64,000 nt of DNA from Jiangellaceae bacterium (GCA_036845485.1 DAIUDS010000001.1:3574-67573), one strand, 5' to 3'. Shown: positions 46,222-55,880, counted from the first letter of the stretch. Numbers and translations are program-made. Notes: generated from the letters alone by a model not told the origin.

Positions 46222-47238
46222 TCAGGGCTCGAGGCCGAGCAGTCTCGCGGCGTTGCCGCCCGCGATCAAGGTTCGTTCCCTGTCTGCGAGATCCTCGACC
46301 TTCGCCAGCAAGCCGAGCGGATCCGCCTCCCCCATGTCGTACGGATAGTCGGTGCCCAGGAGCACGTGGTCGGCGCCCCATCGCTTCACCAGCGTGGCGA
46401 TCATCGTGGGATCGAACACCATCGTGTCGAAGTACATCTGCGCGAGGTAGGAGCTGGGCTCCCGGGTGATGTGCTCGCGACAGTCGTCCCGGGCCTCGTA
46501 CGCGTGGTCGAAGCGCGCCGCGTAGAACGGCAGATATCCGCCACCGTGGGTCACGCAGACCTTGAGGTCTGGAAAGCGTTCCATGACCCCGCCGAAGATC
46601 ATCCGTGCAATGAACACGGTCGAGTCCATCGGCATGCCCAGGGTGTTGATCAGGTAGTAGTTGGCGAGCCGCTCGCCGTGTGTGAAGCCGTTCGGGTGGA
46701 CGACGAGGAGCAGATCATGCTCGACGACCTTCTCGAAGAAGGGAACGAACCGAGGGTGGTCGAAATCGATCCCGTTCACGTTGGTGCAGATCTCCAGGCC
46801 GGAGAACCGGAGTTCACCCACGACTCGTTCGAGCTCACCCAGCGCGAGATCGATGTCTTGCAGGGGAACCGTGCCAAGACCGACGAACCGATCCGGATGG
46901 CCCTGGACGATCTCGAACAACCGGTCGTTCACCATCCCGGACAGTCGCGCGCCGACGTCCGGCTCGGCCCAGTAGAAGTACTGTGGTGGCACCACGGAGA
47001 TCGCCTGGATGTCCACACCCATCCGGTCCATGTCCCGGAGCCGCTGCGACGGTTGTGTGAGGTTCGGCAGGATCTCCGCGAAGTGCATCCTGTTGTAGGC
47101 GTCGCTCACCGGGCCGGAATAGGCGATGAACGGGTCCCTTTCGGGGGTGAATAGCGGGGCAGCGATTTCCTCCGCCTCCGGCGTCATCACATGGGCGTGA
47201 ACGTCGATCACCACGCCGCCGCTGTTCCGGTCCGCCAT
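46222..47238 (-). CDS. amidohydrolase-2 family protein (ACMSD-type metal-dependent decarboxylase/hydrolase)
   Basis: VIDVHAHV N-terminal metal motif, ...VHPN.., THGGGYLP, GTDYPYD. ATG 47238 is preferred. Confidence 0.8.
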   Translation of the reverse strand: MADRNSGGVVIDVHAHVMTPEAEEIAAPLFTPERDPFIAYSGPVSDAYNRMHFAEILPNLTQPSQRLRDMDRMGVDIQAISVVPPQYFYWAEPDVGARLSGMVNDRLFEIVQGHPDRFVGLGTVPLQDIDLALGELERVVGELRFSGLEICTNVNGIDFDHPRFVPFFEKVVEHDLLLVVHPNGFTHGERLANYYLINTLGMPMDSTVFIARMIFGGVMERFPDLKVCVTHGGGYLPFYAARFDHAYEARDDCREHITREPSSYLAQMYFDTMVFDPTMIATLVKRWGADHVLLGTDYPYDMGEADPLGLLAKVEDLADRERTLIAGGNAARLLGLEP

Positions 47239-47303
47239 CCCATCCCCCCTGGTCATCGGCCCTGTCCCTGCCGGTTCACCGGGCGTCCGGAAGGTGGGTT
47301 GCC

Positions 47304-47332
47304 CATGCATGTATGCGACATTATGTACAACT
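47304..47332. promoter_or_regulatory. AT-rich box between the monooxygenase and amidohydrolase genes (candidate internal promoter or operator)
   Basis: catgcatgtatgcgacattatgtacaact. It is locally AT-rich and contains TATGTA/ATGTAT motifs related to the other two boxes. Confidence 0.35.
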
Positions 47333-47346
47333 TTGCCTCGGGCGGT

Positions 47347-48543
47347 CTAGCCTTGCACCGGGAAGTTCCCGTCTTTCGGCGCGTACAGGCCGAAGGCGAC
47401 CGCCGGATCGCCAGGGCGGAACGTACACATGATCTGGGCTTGCTCCCCCACCTCGCGCGCCCGGGCCGTGGTTGCCCGGCCGAGCGCCAGCTGCCCTGGC
47501 TCCCATGCCCGGAGGGCCGCCGGCACGGCGCCGCCCGCCTTATCGATCTCTTCCGCCAACGCCCGGGCATCGGCGGCAGCTTTCGCTGTGCCCGCGGCGA
47601 TGTGGGGCCGCAGTGCGAATGCGGCGTCACCCACCAGGCATACGCGGTCTCGCACCATCTCCGGCACTTCAAGATCGACGATCACCTGGACAAAGGGCGA
47701 AGGGGTCGCGCGCACGAGCTCCGTGAAAGCGGGAGGCAGGTCGCCCGCGGCTTCTCGCAGCTCCTCGATGTGGTCGTCCCCGACCGCGCCGGGAGGCAAC
47801 GAGAGGTCATGACTCAGCCCGGAGCGATCTTCGAGGAGCGCCTCCAACGGCCCACCGTCGGGCAGGTTGCGGTACCAGACCCAGTTCATCGAGCGGCCCC
47901 CGCCCTCGGTGGCGGGGATCTCGTAGGAGAGCACGTGCGTCCGCTCGCCGACGTGGTATGTGAGCACGTCGCGGAGCTCCTTCCGAGGACGAGCGGGAAG
48001 CCGGTCCTCCGGGAGCGTCCCGCGCCACCCGACGTAGCCGGCGTAGGAGGGCCGGAGATCTGGGAACAGCAGGCTCCGTATGGTCGAACGGATCCCGTCC
48101 GCGCCCACGAGCAGGTCGCAGGAGTAGGCGTCACCGTCGGCGAACCGTGCCACCACCTCCTCGCCGACATGGTCGAACCCGGCCAGGTCCTTGCCGAGGT
48201 GGTAGCGCTCCGGTTCGATGAAGTCGACAAGAGCCGCGTACAGGGTGGCGTAGGACGTGAAGCGGTAGACGATCGGCTCCTCGAGCAGGACATCGCCCGC
48301 CCGGGTCAGGTAGCGCAGGATCCGCGCCGAGGAGCTGACGCGACCGAGGTCGAGCAGACCGTGCTCCTCGAAATAGCGGATCGTCACCGGATGTAGCACG
48401 ATCCCGGCGCCGCGACCCTCGAGCGGCACGGTCGAGCGCTCGAAGACCTGGACGTCGCAGCCCACGTCGCCGAGCTGCAATGCGGTGATCAAGCCGCCGA
48501 GCGAGCCCCCGATGACGGCGACACGCGGCCCTTCGGACGGCAC
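47347..48543 (-). CDS. FAD-dependent aromatic/heteroaromatic-ring monooxygenase (2,6-dihydroxypyridine-3-hydroxylase-like)
   Basis: VAVIGGSLGGL dinucleotide fold, DLLVGADGIRS, and GDAAF near the C-terminus. 398 aa. Confidence 0.8.
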   Translation of the reverse strand: MPSEGPRVAVIGGSLGGLITALQLGDVGCDVQVFERSTVPLEGRGAGIVLHPVTIRYFEEHGLLDLGRVSSSARILRYLTRAGDVLLEEPIVYRFTSYATLYAALVDFIEPERYHLGKDLAGFDHVGEEVVARFADGDAYSCDLLVGADGIRSTIRSLLFPDLRPSYAGYVGWRGTLPEDRLPARPRKELRDVLTYHVGERTHVLSYEIPATEGGGRSMNWVWYRNLPDGGPLEALLEDRSGLSHDLSLPPGAVGDDHIEELREAAGDLPPAFTELVRATPSPFVQVIVDLEVPEMVRDRVCLVGDAAFALRPHIAAGTAKAAADARALAEEIDKAGGAVPAALRAWEPGQLALGRATTARAREVGEQAQIMCTFRPGDPAVAFGLYAPKDGNFPVQG

Positions 48544-48548
48544 GAGCG

Positions 48549-48929
48549 TCAGTGCTTCAGTTCGACGGTGACGAAGCGAAGCGTCGAGCTGCCGACGTTC
48601 TCCAGGTCGTGCACGAGCGCGTCGTCTTCCGAGTGCACCAGGTACGTCGTGTCACCGAGCGCGTAGTCACGGACCACGTAGGTGCCGTCCGCGAACCGCT
48701 GTAAGCCGCGGCCGGGCTCGACGACCGTCCAGAAGTAGGTGCAGTCGTGCACGTGGAAAGGCCCGCGCTCGCCCGGCTCCAGCCGTACCTCGAACACCCG
48801 GACGTGGTCGTTCTCGAACAACAGCGAGGTGCCGATCTCTCGGTTCGCGCCGGCGGCCGCGAGCTCGTCGGCGAAGTCGGCGACATCGAACGTTCCCCGC
48901 TTCTCCCCCGGTGCGGCGGAGGCCTGCAT
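48549..48929 (-). CDS. cupin domain protein
   Basis: Small beta-barrel with GERGPFHVHD...LVHDLENVG. ATG 48929 is preferred over 49097. Confidence 0.65.
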   Translation of the reverse strand: MQASAAPGEKRGTFDVADFADELAAAGANREIGTSLLFENDHVRVFEVRLEPGERGPFHVHDCTYFWTVVEPGRGLQRFADGTYVVRDYALGDTTYLVHSEDDALVHDLENVGSSTLRFVTVELKH

Positions 48930-49142
48930 CGCGTCCTCTTCCAATGCGTCAGCTGACCGACTCAGAGTGAAGACCCTAGTCTTCCCATTCCGGGCCAGGT
49001 CGACGTGTACGTCGACGTGGCCTCGCGCTCGCGCGGCCCAAGGCTTCGCCGCTGAACCCAACGCCGTGGTCCACACCTGGACCGGTTTTGCGGCCATGCC
49101 TTGGGGGTAAGGCCACCTTCGTCATTCTGAAGGAGGCAATAC

Positions 49143-49982
49143 ATGACTCCCCGACACGCCTTCAAGTCGCTGCTGACCGGTTTCCTTGCCTTCCTCATGG
49201 CCGCGGTGACAGCGGTGACAGTGCCGGTAACTGCGACGGCTAACCCCGTTCCTGATTCGATGGCATCGCTGGGCGACTCGATGACCCGCGGGTTCAACGC
49301 CTGCGGCTGGTATCTGGACTGCGTCAGCCGCTCGTGGTCGACAGGTAGCTATGGCCCGGTCAACAGTCACTACCTGCGCATCGTTGCCGCCAATCCGGCG
49401 ATGAGCGGCCATGCTCACAACGATGCGAGGAGCGGTGCCAGGGTTTCCGATCTGAATCGCCAGGCTCAGCTTGCCGTGTCGCAGAACGTCGAGTACGTGA
49501 CCATCCTCATCGGCGCCAACGACGCCTGCACCTCGGCCGAGTCGACGATGACCACCGTTGACGCGTTCGAGTCTCGCCTACGGACGGCGATGACCACGTT
49601 GGACACCGGCCTACCGCGCGCCAGCATCTTTGTGGCGAGCATCCCGGACATCAAGCGGCTCTGGTACGTCGGCAAGAATTCGTGGGCGGCCCGCACTGCA
49701 TGGGACCTGGGCAACATATGTCAGTCGATGCTCGCGAACCCTCTCTCGACCGCAGCAGCGGACGTCGACCGGCGGGATCGCGTACAGCAGCGAGTGATCG
49801 ATTTCAACGCGGTCCTGGCCGAAGTGTGCAGCGAGTACAGGCAATGCCTCTTCGACGGCAACGCGGTCTTCTCCTATCCGTTCACACTCAGTCAGGTCAG
49901 CAAGTGGGACTACTTCCACCCGAACACGGCGGGTCAGACTGTTCTGGCGGACGTGACCTACAGAGCCGGATACGGCTGGTGA
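49143..49982 (+). CDS. secreted SGNH/GDSL hydrolase (lipase/esterase)
   Basis: Signal peptide, SLGDSMTRG block I, IGANDAC block III, DYFHPN block V. Confidence 0.8.
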   Translation: MTPRHAFKSLLTGFLAFLMAAVTAVTVPVTATANPVPDSMASLGDSMTRGFNACGWYLDCVSRSWSTGSYGPVNSHYLRIVAANPAMSGHAHNDARSGARVSDLNRQAQLAVSQNVEYVTILIGANDACTSAESTMTTVDAFESRLRTAMTTLDTGLPRASIFVASIPDIKRLWYVGKNSWAARTAWDLGNICQSMLANPLSTAAADVDRRDRVQQRVIDFNAVLAEVCSEYRQCLFDGNAVFSYPFTLSQVSKWDYFHPNTAGQTVLADVTYRAGYGW

Positions 49983-50071
49983 TCCCTGACGGTTGGGCGC
50001 GGCATCGCCGGGTGTCGGCCCAGCGTGAGCCGGGGTTGGATGAGGATCAACCGAGCGCACACAAACGGTGA

Positions 50072-50234
50072 GGTGCCCCCGGTGGGGATCGAACCCACAC
50101 TGGGCGGATTTTAAGGCCGCAGCATAGCGGCGACTATGGCCTCTACCTGCGACTATGCTCACACCGCATCCCTCACCACCCCCACCTGCCAGCCGTGGTT
50201 GACGTCATTTCATGCCACGAACCATGCCACGTCC
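50072..50234 (-). repeat. repeat copy 1: tRNA 3'-half-like segment plus ~115 bp of flank
   Basis: Minus strand reads CTTAAAATCCGCCCAGT-GTGGG-TTCGATC-CCCAC-CGGGGGC-ACC (T-arm plus 3' acceptor). It is preceded by two CATAGTCGC direct repeats. No complementary 5' acceptor strand is present. Confidence 0.6.
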
Positions 50235-50781
50235 GCTGCTCTCGCCGTAGAGGGTTCATGTGGTTGCCGTCTTTGCTGCGGCTATCCGCTGGGCCTTGCT
50301 GTTAGACCCGCACATTCCCCCGGGGCGGACGTAGACCTCGATGGTCTCGGCGGGTCAACGCCGAAGCCATGTGACGCCGCCAGCACAGCCGCAGGCGTGG
50401 AGCTCGGCGAGTGGGACGACCTGATCCTGCGCTGGCTCGCCAAGTGGGAGTTCGAACAGAGCGGTCGTCGCCTCGTGGATTGTCCGACCGCGCAGTCCTG
50501 GACGGGCTGACAGATTCCGGGGCGTACCCGTCGTCGCGCTGCTCTGCTCGCGCTCGACAGCCTTGACGGGTGCAATCCAGAGTGGTAGGCCAAGGGGGCG
50601 ACGCCATGCGACGATCCAGCAGGTCCGGTGGACCGCCGAGCGCCCTTGGGGCGGCAGCGGCTGGGGAGGCTATACCGCCTACCGCGTGGCCAGCCGTCGC
50701 ATACGCACCTCAACAAGTCGAAGGGTATAAGCCCTGATCGGTGAGGGCCGTCATCGTCATCAGATTTGGAGGAACCCAACG

Positions 50782-52299
50782 ATGAGAAGACACCTCCTGA
50801 CCCGCGCCTCAATCGTCGGCGCGGTCGCGGTGGCTGTGGTCGGAACAACCGTCCCGGCCGTCAATGCGCAACCGGACCCGGACAGTTCGGCCTTGCGCGA
50901 TGCCGTCACTGTCGACGCGGTCTTTGGGCACATGGAAGCGCTCAACGACATCGCCACCGCCAACGACGGTGAGCGGGCCTCCGGCACGCCGGGGTATCAG
51001 GCCTCGGTGGACTATGTGGTCGGGCTGCTCGAGCCGCTGGGCTACGAGATCACCATCCAGCCGTTCGATTTCGCGTTCTTCGATGAGCTGAGCCCGTCCG
51101 AGCTGCAGCGGATATCGCCCGACCCGAAGGACTTCGTCAACGGCACCGACTTCCTGACGATGACCCAGTCGGGTTCCGGTGACGCGACCGCGGCGCTGCA
51201 GGCGGTGGACGTCACGATCCCACCCGGGGCGGCGGCCAACACGTCGACAAGCGGCTGCGAGGCCAGTGACTTCGCCGGATTCACGCCGGGGAACGTCGCT
51301 TTGATCCAGCGGGGGACGTGCACGTTCTTCATAAAGGCGACGAACGCCGAGGCAGCAGGCGCCAGCGCGGTGATCATCTTCAATGAGGGCCAGCCCGGCC
51401 GCGACGGGCTGCTCGCCGGCACCCTGGTCACGCCCGGCATAACCATCCCGGTCGTCGGCACGTCGTTCGCGGTCGGGGCAGAGCTCTACGCCAACACCCA
51501 GGCCGGGGAGACCATCGTCCGGGTGTTCACCGACACCATCTCGGAGATTCGTGAGACCTACAACGTCCTCGCCGAGACTCCCGAGGGCAACCCGCGAAGC
51601 GTCATGATGGCGGGCGCCCACCTGGACTCCGTGATCGACTCGCCGGGCATGAACGACAACGCGAGCGGCACGGCGGCGATCCTGGAGACCGCCATCCAGA
51701 TGGCCGAACTGGGGATCGAGCCGCCCAACAAGCTGCGCTTCGCGTTCTGGGGAGCCGAAGAGCTCGGCCTGCTCGGGTCCGCGCATTACGTGAGCACGCT
51801 CACCCAGTCCGAGCTCGACAAGATCAAGATGTACCTCAACTTCGACGTGATCGCGTCGATCAACGGCTACCCGTTCGTCTTCACCCCGCAGCCGGACGAC
51901 GGGACCCCGGCCGCGTCGGCGGAGGCGACCGAGGTCTTCAACGACTACTTCGACTCGGTCGGTCTGCCGCACGACCCGTCGCCGCTGGTCCCCGCCGGCT
52001 CCGACCACGGCTCGTTCCTCGATGCGGGCGTGCCCGCGGGCGGGCTGTTCAGCGGTGCCACCGGCATCAAGACCGAGGCACAAGCGGCCGCGTACGGCGG
52101 CACCGCCGGCGAACCGTACGACGACCTCATCAACTCCCCGGGAGACGTCATCGAACGGGTCAACCTTGACGTGCTCGACGACATGAGCGACGCCGCCGCC
52201 CACGGGATCTTCTGGTTCGCATTCCGAACACCGGCGCAAGACCGGCCGATGCCAGCACCGGAGATTTCGACGGCGGACCCGATGAGAGCGGTCGCGTAA
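50782..52299 (+). CDS. secreted M28 family aminopeptidase with a PA domain
   Basis: Signal peptide. PA-domain insertion (GNVALIQRGTCTFFIKATNA). Metal ligands in AHLDS, NDNASG and FAFWGAEELGLLGS. Confidence 0.85.
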   Translation: MRRHLLTRASIVGAVAVAVVGTTVPAVNAQPDPDSSALRDAVTVDAVFGHMEALNDIATANDGERASGTPGYQASVDYVVGLLEPLGYEITIQPFDFAFFDELSPSELQRISPDPKDFVNGTDFLTMTQSGSGDATAALQAVDVTIPPGAAANTSTSGCEASDFAGFTPGNVALIQRGTCTFFIKATNAEAAGASAVIIFNEGQPGRDGLLAGTLVTPGITIPVVGTSFAVGAELYANTQAGETIVRVFTDTISEIRETYNVLAETPEGNPRSVMMAGAHLDSVIDSPGMNDNASGTAAILETAIQMAELGIEPPNKLRFAFWGAEELGLLGSAHYVSTLTQSELDKIKMYLNFDVIASINGYPFVFTPQPDDGTPAASAEATEVFNDYFDSVGLPHDPSPLVPAGSDHGSFLDAGVPAGGLFSGATGIKTEAQAAAYGGTAGEPYDDLINSPGDVIERVNLDVLDDMSDAAAHGIFWFAFRTPAQDRPMPAPEISTADPMRAVA

Positions 52300-52592
52300 C
52301 ACGCTCCGCCGGAGCAATTGGTGGTGGAGGCGGCGGTGCAGCGACACCGCCGCCTCCGCAAGCGCGTCGGCGGCTGCCCTCGGCGGTGGTCTGGATCCGG
52401 ACCACCGACGGCGCCAGCCGTTTCTGCCCGTACCCTTCTGACTCGTTGCGAAGTGGATGCGTTGCGCGCGTACGGAACCAGCCCCAGCGTTCGACCGTCC
52501 AGATTGGTGCGCTGCAGCAGTTCCGCGCATTGTGGCTGAAATCCATGGGCAGCGCGGCATGAGCCCCGCGCTTCCGGGGACAGGGAGTCGTC

Positions 52593-53315
52593 GTGACCGA
52601 CGCACCGCACGACCACGGACACGGACACAACCACGAGCACGGCTCCGGGCACGGACGTTCGTCTGGGTTGCTTGCTTGGGCGGGCGAACTGTTCCGTCCG
52701 CACAGCCATAACGCGTCGGACTCGGTCGACTCCGCTTTGGAGACCAGCGGGCAGGGCATCCGCACGGTCAAGATCAGCCTGGTCGCGCTGGGCCTGACCG
52801 CCGCGGTGCAGGCGGTGATCGTCTGGCTCACCGGTTCGGTCGCGCTGCTGGCGGACACGATCCACAACTTCTCCGACGCGCTGACCGCGGTGCCGCTGTG
52901 GGTGGCGTTCGCGCTCGGGTCACGTCGCCCGTCGCGCCGCTACACCTATGGGTATGGCCGTGCCGAGGATCTGGCGGGCGTGTTCATCGTCGCCGTGATC
53001 GCCTTGTCGGCGGTGCTCGCGGGGTGGGAGTCGCTGCGCCGGCTGGCCGACCCGCAACCGTTGACGCACGCGTGGGTCGTGGTGGCCGCCGGGCTGGTCG
53101 GGTTTGCCGGCAACGAGCTGGTCGCCGTCTATCGGATTCGGGTGGGCCGGGAGATCGGGTCGGCCGCCCTGGTGGCGGACGGGCTGCACGCCCGCACCGA
53201 CGGGTTCACGTCGCTGGCGGTAGTGCTGGGCGCCCTGCAGGCCTGGACGTTTCCCGTTCACGAGCCGATGGACGTCCGCTGGCACGACTTCTCGGTCCAC
53301 CGCCCCGCAGCTTAG
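52593..53315 (+). pseudogene. cation diffusion facilitator (CDF) transporter, C-terminally truncated
   Basis: His-rich N-terminus (DHGHGHNHEHGSGHG) and TM domain with ADTIHNFSDAL and ADGLHARTD motifs. Similarity ends near aa 215 (about 53240), and the cytoplasmic C-terminal domain is missing. Confidence 0.6.
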
Positions 53316-53668
53316 GTGGGCCGAGGGCCCGCTCCATCACTGCGTTGCGTTCGGCCTCTGTCGAGACGCCATCCAACCCGAAGCCGAGCAGCAGCGAGTG
53401 CGGAGTCGCGATGGCATTGCCGACAGGGAAGCCGGACGCGTCGGTTCGGATGAAGTTGTTGACGTTGGGTGCGCTGCCCGCGGGCGGTCCGGTAATCGCC
53501 TGGCCTCGCTCAATGCAACAGATCCGTCCCAGCAGCCGCGACGGCATCAGCCCACAGCGGCGTCCCAGGGACTGTCGGCCCCAGAGCACCGCCAACCCAC
53601 GGCCGCCACAACCGTGCCCCGCGTGGTCGGAGCATGTCGGTACGCCCAGAGCTGACCGATGGCCTGTT

Positions 53669-53926
53669 GTGAATCAGTTCTGGCCCGGCCAGTCCCAGTC
53701 CGAGGTTGCCCGCAGCTTCGGCGTCTGCCAGGGCTGGATCAGCCGGCTGATGGCCCGCTACCGACTCGAGGGCGAGGCGGCCTTCGAGCTCCGCTCAAGG
53801 CGTCCGAAGACCTGCTCCCAAGCGACCCCGCCGCCGGTAGTCGACCTGGTGGTGCGGCTGCGCAAGGAGCTCACCGGGCAGGGCGGGCCCCCGGTGCGAC
53901 TCGAACGCACACTGAGCGGATTTTAA
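53669..53926 (+). pseudogene. IS481-like transposase N-terminal HTH fragment
   Basis: GQSQSEVARSFGVCQGWISRLMARYRLEGEAAFELRSRRPKTCSQATPPPVVDLVVRLRKELTGQG, then cut off by repeat copy 2. Confidence 0.6.
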
Positions 53927-54045
53927 GGAGGTGCCATCCGTCTCATCTGGCCCCTACCAGCGACTATGGTTATGCTGCCGGCCCCTCCAGGCGCCTGCAA
54001 CCCCATGGTTTACTCCATTTCGCGTCACGAATGATGTCACGCCCG
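53886..54045 (-). repeat. repeat copy 2: tRNA 3'-half-like segment plus flank
   Basis: Minus strand reads CTTAAAATCCGCTCAGT-GTGCG-TTCGAGT-CGCAC-CGGGGGC. T-stem differences from copy 1 are compensatory. Roughly 75% identity to copy 1 over ~160 bp by eye. Confidence 0.6.
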
Positions 54046-54169
54046 ACCGCACGACACAGGGTCAGCACTAGTGGTTCGCGCCTGGGCGTCTTTCGCGACA
54101 ATGTTTGGTTCAGATGTCCTCCCCGGCGTTTGGAGAGGGCTGCGGCGGCCCATCAACCCCGACGATCAT

Positions 54170-54700
54170 GCCGCCACGTCGGCGGACCACCCACGTGCCA
54201 GACACTGGTACCGGCAGGTCGAGGCCCAGACCTCGATGCGGACGGCCCGGTTGTAGTGCGCCAAGTAGGCGGTGAGCGCGCGGTGCAGGTGCCGATTGTT
54301 CCAGATCAGCAGCCGGTCCAGGCACTCGGTCCGTACGGTGCGCACCCACCGCTCGGCGAACGCGTTCGCGAGGCGAGCGCGGCGGGATCTTCAGGACCTC
54401 CACCCCGACGCCGGCAAACACCGCGTCGAAGCAAGCCGTGAACTTCACGTCCCGGTCCCAGACCAGGAAGCGGAAGCGGTCCCGGGTCGCCGAGGCCCAT
54501 CATCATGTTCCTCCCGGCCTGGATGACCCACCCGCCGGTGGGGTGGGCGGTGATCCCGGCCAGATGCACCCGCCGCCGTCCACCTCCATGAAGAACAGGA
54601 CGTAGAGCCGGAAACTCCACCCAACTCGGGGTCAACCTGGTCTTCAAGTGGGAGGACTTCGGGCACGCCGATGTGGCGCCTGCCATCCCGACCGATTGAT
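54170..54700 (-). pseudogene. rve (integrase-core) transposase remnant with several frameshifts
   Basis: The pieces [28 protein letters not shown] / [36 protein letters not shown] / [40 protein letters not shown] lie in three different minus-strand frames. The N-terminus is absent. Confidence 0.65.
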
Positions 54701-54765
54701 CGAAGGCGGCAGCCGTCTCACGTTTGAGATACACCGATGGAACGCACCCAGATTTCGTCGGGCTG

Positions 54766-55614
54766 TCAGGGACGAGCCTCGTCGGCAAGGTCGACAACTG
54801 CCTCGACGAGTTGCCTGCCGTTGAGCAGGGCGAGGTCGTTGTGGTCGGCACCGGCGACCTCGACCAGCCGCTGCAGCCCTGGCGCCGCCTCCGCGACGGC
54901 GCGGCTTTGCTCCGGCGGCACGATGCTGTCGGACGTGCCGAGCACGACTACCGTCGGCACGTCGATCCGGGACACCGCCTCGAGCACGGGGTAGCGGTCC
55001 CGCAGCAGCGCGCGGACCGGGAGGAACGGGTAGTGCACCTGGCCCACGTCGGCCAGGGAAGTAAACGGTGACCGTAGAACGAGGCCGGCCGGTGGATGCT
55101 CCCCCGCGAGGCGCATAACGACCCCAGCGCCCAGGCTCTCGCCGTAGTAGATCAACGCCTCGGGTCGGACGCTGGCCTCCTCGACAAGGAACGTCCTCGC
55201 TGCACGCGCGTCCTCGGCCAGCCCGTCCTCACTGGGACTGCCCGGGTTGCCAGCGTATCCGCGGTAGTCGAACAGCAGGACCCCCAGGCCGTGCCGGGCC
55301 AGGGCGGCGGCCAGAGGGGCGCGCAACCCGCGGTGCCCCGCGTTGCCGTTGGCCACCAGCACCGTGGGGCGCCCCTCCCGGGCCGGTACGTACCAGGCGG
55401 CTATCTCAAGGCCATCCGCCGTCGTGAGGGTGATGTCCTCAGCGCCCGCGACAACATCGGCTGCGGGCCGGTCAGGCGAACCCTGCGGCAGGTAGATCAG
55501 TGAGCGCTGCACGGTCCAGAACAGCCCGACAACCACAACAACCACCACCCCGACCACGAGCACGCCGAGCACCACTCGGCTCACCAGCGGACGGTGCCCG
55601 CCCACGTCTATCAC
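54766..55614 (-). CDS. alpha/beta hydrolase with an N-terminal TM anchor
   Basis: Nucleophile elbow GESLGAG. LGTSDSIVP near the Asp, and ADHND near the His. Confidence 0.75.
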   Translation of the reverse strand: MIDVGGHRPLVSRVVLGVLVVGVVVVVVVGLFWTVQRSLIYLPQGSPDRPAADVVAGAEDITLTTADGLEIAAWYVPAREGRPTVLVANGNAGHRGLRAPLAAALARHGLGVLLFDYRGYAGNPGSPSEDGLAEDARAARTFLVEEASVRPEALIYYGESLGAGVVMRLAGEHPPAGLVLRSPFTSLADVGQVHYPFLPVRALLRDRYPVLEAVSRIDVPTVVVLGTSDSIVPPEQSRAVAEAAPGLQRLVEVAGADHNDLALLNGRQLVEAVVDLADEARP

Positions 55615-55738
55615 CGTAAGGAAGGCCTTCGCGTCGTTTCGTTCTTCCCCAAGCCGGACAGTCAGAGTACCGGCTGGACAGGAACGAACGGTCGTGCCAT
55701 TTCTAATCTAGGGGCAACGGCGAGGTCACTCGACACAC

Positions 55739-55880
55739 GTGGTTCTCGAGCAGGCTGCGCGCACGGCGAGCGAGGTCGGGTTACCGGGGGTGACGATCGG
55801 GACTCTCGCCGAGCTGACGGATGTCGAAGAGCGGGCTGTTCGCGCACTTCGCTCGTGGCGGCCGACGAGTATCCCAACCT
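55739..55880 (+). pseudogene. TetR-family HTH fragment (frameshifted)
   Basis: VLEQAARTASEVGLPGVTIGTLAELT then, in the +1 frame, MSKSGLFAHFA. No ligand-binding domain follows. Confidence 0.45.

Noticed and set aside
50072-50170. A functional tRNA (apparent anticodon loop CTTAAAA, i.e. UAA)
   Set aside because: A T-arm and 3' acceptor strand are present, but there is no complementary 5' acceptor strand and no D-arm. There is also no long variable arm, as a tRNA-Leu(UAA) would need. The same holds for 53886-53990, so both were treated as tRNA 3'-half relics.
52898-53926. 342-aa ORF as a single gene
   Set aside because: Most of it is an Arg/Gly-rich out-of-frame read across the CDF gene. Only the last ~75 codons (the IS481-like HTH) look genuine.
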